Shown here: positions 37,501-50,500 of the stretch, piece after piece | Position numbering within the stretch: position 1 is the stretch's first letter | Layout: each line of letters starts with the position of its first letter | DNA from: Ascidiella aspersa | Taxonomy: Eukaryota | Reading direction: 5' to 3' | DNA length: 64,000 nt | NCBI GenBank assembly: GCA_963924565.1 | Contig: OZ004607.1 | Coordinates: forward strand, 10,168,001 to 10,232,000 | Notes under the pieces: model-generated | Database searches by the model: none | Seen by the model: only the letters and a program-made list of their open reading frames with translations | Told to the model about the DNA's origin: nothing | Made by a program: the position numbers and the translations under genes

Positions 37501-40500
37501 TTGTAGTTCTTTTAAAACTGTGCTTAGAGCAGCCTTTGTTAACCTGGGGTACATTTACCCCAGTGGGCAGATTTCTTCGTTTTAGGGGGTAAATCCAAGA
37601 ATAGGTATTCTCTCAATATTTTGGTTCTGTTTTCTTCAACTAACCTATGCGCAGCGGCTTCACTGCATATCAAATATAAAGCACAAAACCGACTTTACAT
37701 GTTGAATCTGATATTCATTGTGCATTATATACTACTTTATCAGACAAAAACAAGGGCAGCCGTCGCACTGAATATAACTAATGTAATTTACTTTCATTTT
37801 TTTAATAAATGAGTACCACTTTATATATTGGGGGTAAATTTGTTATACATAAAAAAGGGTAACACATAAAAAAAAAGTTGAAAACCCCTGGCTTAGAGTG
37901 AACGTATAAGCCCTAAAGCTATCGCTACGCAAAATAGACGCTACCACTACGCAAAATCCTGTTGCAGTATCCTGTTGTACGCGTTTTACTCCGTGTATAT
38001 TTGTCGTTATTGCGTTCACTTAACTTCCTGTTATGGTCTAGCTATTTGTATGGCAACAACACAGTAGACTAAACATCACAAGACAAATGCAATACACAAT
38101 GACTGAACTTAAATTCTAGTTTTTTAGCGTTTTTTTAATGTAGGAATATTTCATCTACAGTCCAAATAACTAGTACACCTTTGTTAAACTTTACACGTTT
38201 TCGTCGAATTTAAATATGTGGATTAAACATACTGAAAAGCAATTTAGTTCAAATTTTGCTTTTATATGTTGAAGTTGGCTAAATGTAGTTTATTTTGGGG
38301 GTGATAGCCTGATGCCTCTAGATCCGCTCCTGATCATGTAATGTTTTTAGTGTTAAAAAAACAAATAAACAGTACTACAGTAGTTTCGAAATAAAATGTG
38401 GCAGACCTACGTACTACGTATATCACAAGAAGGGCGGATAATCGCCCTTTGGCAATCTTTGCTCCAAAGTAATGCACGCTTCTCCAGCCTTTCTTCTACG
38501 GCGGCAAAGAGGCAGTGTTCGACGTGAAAGACCAGAGGATTCGTTCGGTGCCTTTCGTCACGAGACGACCCACGTTCAACGAAGTCCAAAGAGTACATCA
38601 GGAGCTCTTCTCGCTAACAGTTCACGGCAAGTCGAATTTCAAATAGGTTAAAACTATAATTAACTTTTGTGAAAAGGTAGTATTTAATTGATTTTACTTG
38701 AGTTGAAATACGGTGTTTTCTTCAGGACATAAAATTTGGTTATTTATCTTAATTTTGCACGTAAAGCAATTTACGTGCTGTATATTACGTTTTTGCTATT
38801 TTTTTAGTTGAGTTGTTGCTCATAATCCTAGGAGTTTATCAAGTTTAGTTATTAATCGTTTTGTTTTGTGACAATTACTTGACTTGGTATTCACCTGCTC
38901 TAGTTATGCCCGACTGTGATTTGATTTTAGCAATTAGTGAATATAGGACTTGACTTGTTATTTATTCAAAAAGACTTGACTTAGACTTAAGTTATTTTAC
39001 GAACAACTTGACTGGGACTTCAGTCATTTTAAAATGACGTCGTTTACACCATCGAACAGCAGTGTGTTGGATCGCACCATGAGTAAACGTTTTGATTGGT
39101 TTTCATTTGTCGATTGATGCCATATTAGTATCCGAAACGTATATCAATACTTTAGACGTGCTTTTCTATGGACTTCGATCCGAGGATAACAAACATCTCT
39201 AACATTGAAACGAAATCTCTAAACATTGAAACGAAAACGTATAGGTAAGAAGTCGATGACCGACATTTTCTCGCCTCCCAGACCCAAATCAAGCAACAAC
39301 AATAACGTTTCTGAGAAACCACCAACTGACGTTAACATCAGGAAACAGGATAAAGCTGCTAAGAAAGAACTTGTCGAATTTCAAGCAGGTAAATACGTTT
39401 GAACCGGGTTTTCGTCTGATATTATGGTGGAATCGGTGCCAATCCGTTATTAAGTTAGAACAAATATTTCAGCTTTAATTTGCCATCCGACACAATTATT
39501 CTAGCTGAAAGGTGAATTTATTTTAAAATAGTTGTTCGACAACTATATGTAATTAATAATGCAAAAATTGGGTTCATAAACGAAAAAAATGCCTTTAATG
39601 GTTACATTTTTATGCTTATAACTTACTTTAACATTTAGTAATGAAGTCGTTCACTATACGATCGGATCGTGATACTTTTTGTCCAAAATTTCGGGTATCG
39701 CGCTGGAAAATAATCCACCGTATGTTATTCCACCTTTACTACTTACAGTTTGCGGCCTTGACGGTTTTATATTTGGTACTGCACATGTGCACGTCGAACT
39801 CGGGAATCAGGTTCATACTAACGTAGCTATATTCGAGTCCGGAGTAATATTTTAGCGAAATAATCCGACTCCGTCGAATACTGCTACTGTGTGGGTTACT
39901 TTAACGAATATTTTTCTAGGCAACGAAGAGGATAGCCTCGAACTTACGATAGAGCCGCTTGAGATTTCGACCAAGGAGCTTGAGATATTTTCTTCGTCAG
40001 TGAAAAAGCGAAACAAAGCAAAGAAGAAGAAGGAAAGGTCGAATGGGGAAAATGCTCACAGCGGTGCTACGCCACCAAGCGGAGAGTCGAGCACGCCAAG
40101 AATCAGGGTAAATTGCTTACGCCACGACTTTTTCATTTTTTGTATCAGGTTTGCTGTACACTACAGTCGACTAAAACTGTATCTATATTAACAGTTCAGC
40201 TTTTTAAGACGACGTGTGGTTTTACTGTTCGATGAACCGCGCAAGTTTTTATAGCACAGCTGAACAATTTTTTTACCCTTAAAAATTTAATTTAGTTAAT
40301 GTTCTATGCCAGGGGTGTCCAACACAAACACGCCGACCTGCTAATTTTTATCTTATATAAGTGCAAAAATTCAGTAACTTATTTTTCGTAATATTAGAAA
40401 CGATTTTTTACAAATAATAAAAACGTTTATTCACGCATGAAAAACATTTGTTTATTTAATTAAGCTTTACCAAAACTGCTTCTTTGCAAACATTTGTTGT

Positions 40501-43500
40501 CAGCCAAACTCGAAAGATTGGCCTTAGGCTGTAAAGTAGTAGTGTGCATTACTGCATCTAAGTAGGCCTATCCGTCCGGGAGTGGACTTTGCTTTTTGTT
40601 TCTTCACACCAAGCTTTATAATTTTGTTAATGCTTTAGCCTCCACTACTGTATAATGTTTATCATATCAGAAGTAATAGTTAGTTGTCGGAATTGCCGCG
40701 ATTGTTTCTGTGAATAACCAATGTCAACTGGCTGTATAAAAAATTTAGTATTTTTGTGACAATTGACTGAACAACAAATTTAGTATTTTTTTGAGGGCTT
40801 GCGTGCCTTTTTATTAAGTCGCGTGCCATATTTGGCACGCATGCTGCGTGTTGGATACCCTTGTTCTATTGTCTGTCACACTTGATGTCAGCCAAAATAT
40901 GCATCACATGTCAGACCTGATTGATACAGTATATGTATCACCCCGCCCCCACACTTATTTGCTAAAGTATTCACTGCCGAAGCGATTAGCAACTCCAGAA
41001 CTCCTCATTGTAAGTTTGAAAATATTACAGCCACGTCTTTTCATAATTTCCGTGTTTGCAGCGCAAGAGCCAATCGTGTCTTTCCGCCCTGGACCAACTC
41101 TCACCTTCGGATCGCGACATTGTCAACAAGCTCTACACAGCTTGCAAGACTTCCGACCTTATCGCGTTCAACGACTGTCTGAATGACAAAGGCGACGCTC
41201 CCGATAACCCAGAGGTTTGTAGTGGTCGGTTTGCGTTTCAACTGCTTGACATGTTGAAACTCTAATAAGTTTGCGTGAGGTTCGGTCTAATTTGGTCCTT
41301 TTCGCCATTTGCCAAAATGGCGAAAGGCCGTAGATTAAACTTTTTTGGAGTGTATTTACTGGTTTCTTTCAAACGTGGAGTCAAACCTATGTAAAGCGAA
41401 AACTAATACAACTGTTATGTTGATATTTAAACTAAAAAAAGAATACATCAAAGTCCATATAGAAGTAGTTAACATTTTTAATGTTTCGATTATCTCTTTA
41501 TTCATTTGACGACGTTTAAAATAAATAAAGAGATTTAAGAAACTTTTAAAATGTTATCTCCTTCCATCTGGGCTTTAATATTCCAACTATACGTCTAACT
41601 AAAACCTCCAACCTTTGTGCTCCAACGATATTTAAACTGCAAAAACAGGTCAGTTTCTTAATTCGAATATCAGCCGAAATTAACAGAAATCATTCAACTT
41701 GAAAAAAATGCTTTAAGACCTGTTTTGACCAAACCGTCTGAATCTAATATGATTCGAAAGCAAGAATGTTTCATCTACATTTTATTGTCTGCGGGAGATT
41801 CCTTATATACGAAGGCGAAAGTATGTAAACTGTTTGTTCTCATGTAGTTAGGTTCACTTATTCGGTTCTGGTGGTTTTGATCTTGGTTTTATCAGTAAGG
41901 AGCTCCATCCTTAACGCTAATGTTTTGCTACATCTTGGTTGCTTACATATAAATGTGGATGATTGTATATATTTTTTTTCTGTAGATTTGTTGTTTTACA
42001 TTCATCGAATTAGAGTTGCAGAAGTTCCTGTAATTTTAATCAGGGCTGCAGAGTCAGACTCGGGACTCGAGGTGTCGGTTAGTTTTTCTAGAGTAGGACT
42101 TGGGACCCCAGTAAAACTACGTAAGACTACCCGAATTCGGGGTCCCGAGTCCGACATGCGCAGCATCAAATTAGAAAGATTGCAAACTGCAAATTATAAA
42201 GATGGTATTCCAATGCTAATCATCCACTCTATTTGAATTACGCAAGTGGGTAAAATACAAGATGTACTGTCTGTAGGGACTGTACCTACTCGGGACTCAA
42301 CGAAATCGGCCCTTTGTTTTGAGTTTAGTAACGCATACTGGACCTGAGACCATACAGAAACTAAAACAATGCGAATCAATAATTTGAGAATTTGCCCTAA
42401 AAAAACGCGATTGAATTTAAATTACCTAAAAATGACCTTTCAACCTAAATCACTTTGTTTTCGTCAGACTGAAGAAAAGAATGACCGCCATACACCCTGT
42501 TCGCCGCACAACAACCTCGCCTCTCTTTTATCGATGGGAATCGATGCCAGTGGTAACACCTTGCTGCACGTGGCCGCAAAAAGTGGGCACAAGCATATCA
42601 TTTTCAAACTGCTGGAGAGGGGCGCCGACCCTACTGTGAAGTGAGTTTTTTATAGCTGGTTTAGAGTGTGTAGTTTTTTACATATTGGCTTTGCGTACTT
42701 CTAGAGATATTTAAGGGGCCTAACGATACGCATACAAAAACTGATTAGTAATAACTTATTGTCTGCTGTAGTTACAGAAGTAAGCTTCATTTCGGGGGCC
42801 GAAAACAAATTTGCAAATTATAGCATTAGGCACTAAAAGATAATTTTAAAACAGGGTTGTGCTTTTAATATTTTTACCAGATTAACATAGTTGTCGACTC
42901 ACACTTTACCGTACGCACATTTGTTAGAGGTATTCTTAGTTCATCTAAACCAAATGTCAGCTATTCGACTCGTTAAACGCTAAGATTTATTTAATTGTAC
43001 AGAAACTACCAGTCGTTTCTTCCCTACTGCGTTTGTCCAAACAAGGAGGCGCGAAACACTTTCAGAAAGTATAGGGCGAAGTACCCGGACCTACACGACT
43101 ACTCTAAAGCACAGGTAAGCATGGCTAGAATACAGAACACGTACCTCTACTAATAGAGCAGGGATTCTTAACCTGGGGTCTGTGCACCCCCTTGGCTATC
43201 TTGGATATCCATGAAAGCCTAATTGAAATCTTAGTGAATATTTAAGGAGTGAAACGACTTTCTCAAAACAAAAGATCAAAAACGTCAATTTATGGGGGTC
43301 CGCGTTGAAAAAAGTTCAAGAACCACTGTTATAGAGAAGACTCCGATATTCCCTATTTAAAAGTGGGGAAAAGTCGTTACTGATTCCGATACCGACGCCC
43401 CAACTTTTTCATTACTAAAGTAACGTTAACAAATATACAAAACTTTCAAACTATTGTAGTGAGCCGAAGAATGCGTTAATAGGGTTGCGGAGTCGGTTTA

Positions 43501-46500
43501 AAATCCAACTGCTGCGAAATTTTCCAAATTCGTCGATTCTCGAGACTGGTACTGTATTCCATCCAGTTACGTAACTCAAATGATGTGGATCAGCAATTCA
43601 CTCATAGGGGTTTCATATAACTCATCCACTCACATTACGTGGTTGAAAAGCATTCCATCTTTACAATTTACAGGTTGTATCGGTTTTCGAATTCGGTTCG
43701 GACTCTCGTAGTCTTACCCGAGCCCTAAATCCCGAGTCCGACTCCGACTACGCAACTTTAATCTAATAAAGCTCCATCATTATTTTTTTTATGAACCAAT
43801 GTCAGGTCTTAGTATCGAAACTTGTCTGGCACTTGCATGGAATTTAAACGATACTCATTTCGGCCATCATCCTCTATTTTGTGCTTAAAAAAGGAAACTT
43901 TACATAATACAAAATTTATCATTGGAAATTGACTACTTTCTAACGCTACCTCAAATATTGGTCTTACACCACTGAAACCGTCACCTTTGGCCGATTCAAT
44001 TTGAAAAATTTCCGACGAGCTTTTTAAGCACAGCTTACAATCTCGCCTAATGCTAGCACTTGGTGTGCATGTGAGTTTTGCCTTATACTGATTGTAGCAT
44101 TGCCCAATAAACGTCTGACTCGAGAAAGTTAAGTTAATCTTATCCTAAGCAGCGACTTTGGGAATCGTGTCCCGAGGAAGGCTGCGACAATACCTAAGAT
44201 CTAATACTTGGTTAAGGGTTCACTTTTTTAATAGTTATTTCCAATCGCTTCTCAGGTTCCGTTTCCCCTCAGCGACGAAAAAGAGGCTGAGTTGAAGAAG
44301 AAACAAGCCGAGAAGAAGAAGGCTCAAAGGAGCGCTCGCAAGGAGAAGGATCGGGAGCGAAGAGCGGAGGAGGAGAAACGAAGAGCAGAGCAGGAAGAAA
44401 AAGAAAGGTTTCTGGCGCTCTCCGACCGGGAGAAGGTAAGACAACACTATAATGAGAAACTATAGAGCACAATGGTTGGAGGTTGTGGTAAGACATAATA
44501 AGAATATCAAAGCCCATGCAGAAGTAGGTATCATTTTGAATTTCGAATAACACTCTCTTTATAAATAAAGAGTTATTCGAAACGTTCAAAATAATACCTA
44601 CTTCTGTATGGGCTTTAAATGTGAACCTTCATTTTTTCTTTTTTTTTCTTTTAACATATTTATTTACAATCCTAAAGAAATAATTGACTGACTTTAAATT
44701 TGGCACAGAGTTTTTTCGAAATAAATTTTTGTTTGTCCAAACAGTTTAATGACTGTAGCAAAAAATGTACAGCGCCTATAAAAAACCCATAGTTGTCCCA
44801 CAGGAAAAAATGGTTTTAAGCCTCATTGTATCGAAACGTAACTAAAGTATTTCTAATATTTTCCACATAACGTTAACTGATAGCGGAAGGTTTTAATTAA
44901 AAAAATTTAGATTAAAAATTATAGCTATAAAAGCAAGATTTTTTAGCTATCAACCAAAAAATTTACCTCTTTTTACAACTATTTGCCCGAAAACGTTGTA
45001 TAATTAAGTAATCTTTCAATTAGTATGTTTTCAAACTGACCATGGAACAACCTCATGACAATAGAGTTTCATACAAATGGAATTTCATCGAAAAATCTTA
45101 GCGAGTTTTTAACAACATTAGCACAACAAAAGCTCACCACTTTTCTTTTTAGAGGCTGATAGCTGTGGAGCGAAGGATGAAACAAAATCCAGATTCGAAG
45201 ATCACGCACGAAAGGTTAGAACAGTGGTTCTTAACCATTTTTTGTATTCCTTCCCTACAAGCTCGAACACTTGTCAATTCCTCCTTCCCACTAAAAACTC
45301 GAAGTATTTTACCTATTAATATTTTTAACTTCGATGTATAACTGTGAGAGAAAGTAACTGTAAAAAACAATAGAATTAGATAATGGGCCTAATAGACCTT
45401 TTACAATACCAATAAATTTAGTTAAATAAGCTTTTCATTGCATATAACCGATTAAATAACTTGTTTCGTTTAATCCCCAATTCCTCCCTGGAAGAAATTT
45501 CCTCCCTAAATTAAAAAAATCCTCCCTAAGGGAGCCAAGTGGCTCCTTTGAGAACCACTGGGTTAGAATTAGTGAGATTTCTCGCAATTTATTTCCAAAC
45601 CAAAACCCGAGTACTCATGTAAGGTATAACGACTGCACTTTTAAATAAATAATTAAAAACGTTGGATTTCTAAGTGCTCCTGATTTCGATGATTCTATTT
45701 TATTTTTTATTTTTTTTAACCCGATTCTTAAAATGCCCCCAAACCAATTTTCTTTCTTACTCAAGCCAAAAAGTTGAAAGCTTTTAGTTAGACGTAGTGG
45801 TAATCAAAGCCAAAATAGAAGTAGGTAAAGTTTTTTGTACGTTTTAAATATTACTTTTTTCTTGAAATAGGCAAAAAGGGAAAAATAAATAAAGAGTTAT
45901 TTGAAACGTAAAAAAATTGTTCCCCTATATGGGCTCTCATATATGTTTATTTAATAACTCGCATTTTTAGTTAAGCACTATTAATTTCAGATTTATATTT
46001 ATTTCATTGATTAGACCTCATTAAACGGCATATTCTTTGTTGTATGCCACCTATTAGACAAAAAGAAAGGATATTTTATTTTTCTTTATTTATTTGCGAA
46101 CTGTGCGTAACTACACTGTAAACCATTTTGGGTAAAACGTTCTATGTAAATTTGGGTATAAAGGCTATAGTATATACCCAAGTATTTTGGGAAAAAAGTT
46201 TGATGCCCATTGGTTTTTACCCAAAAGAGATAGCCAAAGCTATTTAGTATTTACCCTAATATAATGGGCAAAAAGTTGTTTACCCAAAACCATTTGGGTA
46301 AAATGGTGTTTATACTGTACCCAAGGAATTCGGGTAGTTTTCTTACATTTTAACTCAACTCACTCATTTTTTTTTGTACGTAACCATCATGAACTAATTT
46401 CAAATAAATTGCCAATCACAAACCTGTTGTTGTAGTCTTTTACGGCCAACCTTATCCGCTTTACTTTCATTCAGGAGATGCTACCTCTGCGGCGAAGATA

Positions 46501-46589
46501 TGTTCGCCAAAGTGCCCTTCGAATATTCCCAGTTCAAGTTTTGTTCAATGAAATGCCTGAAACAGCACAAAACCCTAGCTGCCAGGTAG
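34521..46589 (+). CDS. ANKZF1: ANKZF1/Vms1 ribosome-quality-control tRNA endonuclease (C2H2 finger, VLRF1, ankyrin, coiled coil/VIM, C-terminal treble-clef), about 718 aa
   Basis: Exons 34521-34653, 34964-35143, 35767-35981, 36900-37126, 37363-37498, 38488-38626 (GC donor), 39245-39388, 39920-40107, 41062-41214, 42468-42640, 43003-43114, 44256-44435, 45153-45214, 46475-46589 (TAG). Diagnostic motifs: CLTC..HYKGDWHRYNIK, SISGSESD, AGHFAAGVF, HKTFHRYVVRAKRGVAQS, SAGANLRRYNE, PFVTRRPTF, TLLHVAA..GADPT, DYSKAQVP, RCYLCG..VPFEY..FCSMKCLKQH. Confidence 0.95.
36167..36452. mobile_element. hAT-type MITE
   Basis: TIRs CAGTTGTTCTTAAA...TTTAAGAATCACTG; directly abutted by a GAGTC-repeat element. Confidence 0.6.
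36452..36854. mobile_element. GAGTC/GACTC-repeat MITE family (related copies at about 456-570, 39760-39890, 42041-42330, 43480-43760)
   Basis: Termini (CA)GGGCTGTGGAGTCGG...GACTCCGCAGTCCTG. The same CAGGGCTGC/GGAGTCG/GACTCG motifs recur at the listed loci. Confidence 0.7.
37530..37890. mobile_element. hAT-type MITE
   Basis: CAG...AACCTGGGGTAC...GTTGAAAACCCCTG with perfect 8-bp TSD GCTTAGAG (37522-37529, 37891-37898). Confidence 0.85.
40310..40863. mobile_element. hAT-type MITE
   Basis: TIRs CAGGGGTGTCCAACAC...GTGTTGGATACCCTTG, GCGTGCC subterminal motifs, partial TSD TTCTATGC/TTCTATTG. Confidence 0.75.
41450..41576. mobile_element. Short fold-back (hairpin) MITE, copy 1
   Basis: AAAGTCCATATAGAAGTAG...TCTCTTTATT / AATAAAGAGA...CTTCCATCTGGGCTTT; same family as 44509-44616. 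Confidence 0.65.
43159..43328. mobile_element. hAT-type MITE
   Basis: CAGGGATTCTTAACCTGGGGTC...GTTCAAGAACCACTG; TSD TAATAGAG/TTATAGAG. Confidence 0.8.
44509..44616. mobile_element. Short fold-back (hairpin) MITE, copy 2
   Basis: AAAGCCCATGCAGAAGTAGGTATCATTTTGAA...TTCAAAATAATACCTACTTCTGTATGGGCTTT; almost fully self-complementary. Confidence 0.75.
45222..45560. mobile_element. hAT-type MITE inserted at an ANKZF1 splice donor
   Basis: TIRs CAGTGGTTCTTAA...TTGAGAACCACTG; perfect TSD GGTTAGAA (45214-45221, 45561-45568). Confidence 0.88.
46114..46319. mobile_element. MITE with TGGGTAAA internal repeats
   Basis: TA-CACTGTAAAC...GTTTATACTG-TA termini; repeated TTGGGTAAAA/TTTACCCAA motifs. Confidence 0.6.
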
Positions 46590-47580
46590 CATTGGCTGCC
46601 TCGTGCGTAACTGTACTGTACAGATTTGTTGTTTTTACCTTCTGGTTAGGGCGTTGTGTGTCTTCATTGTTACTTTTTTGATTTTGTCTTCATTCATTCA
46701 TTCCAAAAACTGATTTGCGGATAAATGGAGTACCAAAAAAGTGTGGAAAAATAAATATACGTCATTTCAGTATGGTAAATTATTTTTTTAATGCTGTTTA
46801 TTATGGAGCTAGGAAAAAAGTGTGATTTTTTTTTGTTTGTAAATGTATCGATTTAGGCAATTTCGATTCCGACTTGTAACCGTGTTTTCTGCGCAGTCTA
46901 ACGTTTGCGTCTTTACAACCCCTTTGCGTTAGTACGTGTGTCACTGTTTCTTTGTTACATTTTAAGTCTTTGTGTTTTCGTGTTGCAACTAGAAAATGGT
47001 TTGTTTGTTCGGTGAACGTCGTTGTTAAGCAGCTTGATCAACCAGCTTGCTGATTTGGTGAAAGGTGTCGTATTCGCTGCTTTTGAAATACATTGCGTTT
47101 ATGTGTATACTTTTTGTTATTAACAAAATAAGGGCCAGGCAATTCTAGGAAACATGATATTTAGATAACACAGATATACATGTGCTGCAGAAAAATTTAA
47201 AATCCTAAGAACGAATCCCTAAACTAAGAAAACAACATGTATGTTTGTGATTATTCCCAATCTATGACCAAATGCATGTCATAATCGCCGTTTCGCGGAA
47301 CTGAATTGAAAAAACAGACGGCGGAAGAATGTAAGTACAACGCCTTTGGACAAAAAGTGTTTAATTTAAAAAGTTATTTTTAAGTATTTTATGATGTTTT
47401 TTATAAGCGGTTGCTATAGTGGTAAAGTCCCTTAATTTTTTTGCGTTGTCACAAAGCAGCAAAACAAAGCTTGTAACCGATATTTCTGACGTGAAACTTG
47501 CTTTAAAATAAATCAACTACTTAAATTGGGGAATTTAGGGTGAACTCCGTCACCACAGCGTTAAGAAAAGCTTTAAGAAT

Positions 47581-50500
47581 ATGGGATTAGAAGTTCGTTT
47601 TTCATTATGCGATTACCGGGAGAAACGAATTCATTCTGAGCAAAATCTGAGTTTTGACAAAGAAGAAATCGACGGCAAAACACTGCTTCAATCAGTTGCT
47701 GAAACCTTAAAAACTTCTCCAGATGAAATAGGTATTTGCACTTTTTGTTGTGTCACTTTTGACTTTTTTAATACTTTGTGATTTGTTTCGAACAGCACAT
47801 TTATAAACAAAATGCCAATTGAATTGTTTTTCAGATCTCTTTTTCGCAGGCAGACTGATTCAAAGTTCAAGTGATTTTTTATTGAAAGACAAAACTGGGT
47901 TTGAAAGTGGCAGCAAAATACAAGTGTTCTATAAACCTATTGAACCTAAAACTGAAGATACAGGTATAAATAAAAAAAAAAAATTAAAAGTCATTCAGTA
48001 AAATCATCACAAGAGCTTACAAGGCCTTCAAGGAAAAGAATATCACACTTTAACAAATTATGCTACCTCTACATTATTTATAATTAATTATTATTCATAT
48101 TTCATAAGGAAATTTTGTTACTAAGATTGAATTTCTCTAGAACAAGCTCCAAATGTAATTCTTTTTTTGGTAATCACACCATTTGTGAGATTTCTAGTTA
48201 GTTGGGGTTGTCTAAAACTCTAAATTACCTTTTGTAATTACTGCTTGTATTGGTGTTAAATGACTATTTGATTTTAAGTAATTAATCGTCTAAATAAAGC
48301 AAAAGCTTTCTGTATTTTTTCCAAGTTGCCTATATTCAATTTTAAAACCCCACACTTGGAAAACATTGCTACAAATTCATAATTATATGTCTTTCTAATT
48401 TGCCCTTTACTAAAGTAGTTTATTTCAAATGTAACACCTTTAGTGCGTTTTAAAATTATGTTGGTTTCAGCTAAGGTTGGATTAGCCTTTTGACAATTGT
48501 GACAAATAAAATTATAGCTTGAATTCGGGTTATTTGCTAGTGTTAATATTTAGCAAGAGAAAATTGTTGTTTTTTAGTTTCTGTCGATCAGGGTGAACTG
48601 AAAATGTGCATGGCAGGCTTACATCTCATGCTAAACAACAAACATCAAAGGTGGAAAAGCAGAAAATCTGTAAGATCATTTTAAGTCTGGTGTACACTTA
48701 CTGTGTTTTTGAAATGCCCTGTACTTCACAACTTGTATTTTACAGGTTTTAGGAATTCTAAAAAGCAAGGAAAGCTTGGCTGAAATTGTTAATAGCATTC
48801 CCTCTCTGAAGTCAGACACGCTTTCTTTAGGTTAGTTGACACTTTGTGTGAAAGTTTAAATGGATTTGTGATGTGTTGTTTATATACCAAATTCCATTAA
48901 AAAGCCCTGTAATTTCTATTGTTTTCATAGATATTTTGAGAAACCCTGATCTGTTTGCTTCGGTTGTGGACCCAAAGAATTGCAACAAGTATGATGACAA
49001 CACAAGTATTCAATATTTTCCAATGACGAATATTTAGGGAGGGGGTTTAAGTCAGTCACCATCTATAAAATAAAGTTTACATTCTCGAAATTCACTGAAT
49101 AAAATTTCAGATTAAATAGATGAGTTGGTTTCACTTGGAAAAGAGAATTTATAGCATAGGTCTATAAAACATACCCAAAACAAAGAATAAAACTGCAAAT
49201 TTGATTGTTTTGTTCATTGCCAAAGTAAAACTCTGTTAACTCAACATTGAAAGAAAAAAAAGATGTTAAATCCTAAGGCACATTATGTTTGCAGCATTAT
49301 GGAGCTACACAGACCTTTAGCTGCTGCCATGATTGCATTGTCGCACAAAGTTTCTTTGAGCACGGGAGCCTCATCATCGGGAAGTCAAGAGATGGCCATG
49401 GACGTCGACGGATCTCCGGTATGCAATTTTTTCTATTAGTTTGTCAGTTCATACAATACAGAAATATGGCGGTATTAAAACGGCCCAGGATTATTGTCAA
49501 TATTTGTTAGCAGAGCTTATAATGAATTATCATTATTATTTTTATGATATAAATTACCAAATATAAAACCTAATAATAATTACTTAACACTACTAACCTT
49601 ATATGTCAAGTATGAACTGTGTGATGTCTATAAAATTGAATATTCATGTTTTATTTTAACTTTGTAGTTGGTAAATAATGTCCACTGCAATACCAATATT
49701 ACACTACCAACCAAATAAGACAACAGTGTTATATCTAAAAAAGAAACAGCTTTAGATTTTAGCCCTTAGAAAAATGTGGCATATCCGATCTTTGCATGCA
49801 TGCCTATTCGTAACACAAATAGGTTATTATTCAAAAAATGTTTTTTACGCAGTTCAAGACGAACTCATTTAAAGGGTTGAAGATTAATGTGTTGTGATTT
49901 TGTTTTTAGGGAACTTCGCAATCAACACGACGCTCCAATCGACCGAACCCAAACCTGTCAACACCCCGGGGCCAGAGCATCATTACGTCAAGTCAACTGG
50001 CCACAGCTCTATCCATGGCAAATTCACCCGCAATATTTCCCTCTCCCATTGGTACTCCTGCCAGCTTACAGGTGACTACATTATAAGTTATACTATCAAA
50101 TCTAGATTTTTATTGCATGTAAAACTCTTAGAATATAAATTGTAAATCCGGCATTACTATTTCTATACATTTCTTCTTTATCCTATTTCTTTGTTCTCTT
50201 TTACTTTTTCATGGCTTTAAAAGTTCTCGAATTGAGTACAATAATGTGTTCAATAATAATAATTAATTATAGAAATTAATAACAAGTGGTAAAACAAAAC
50301 TGTTAAAGTTTTGAAAAAGTCAATCAAATTTACTCTTTAATTTTGCTGGGTCTTTGTTTTCAAAACCTTAAATAAACTATGGCAGCAATGCATTAGAAAA
50401 GTTTTTGGAATCGACCTTACAACACAAACTGGTAAAAAATTGTCATAAAACTAGTGTAGTGTGTATCCGTAACTGGCAAATAAACCAGCAAACTGTTATA

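Noticed and set aside
43800-44190. Possible solo LTR (TGTC...AATAAA...GACA)
   Set aside because: No matching 4-6 bp TSD and no second copy in the window.
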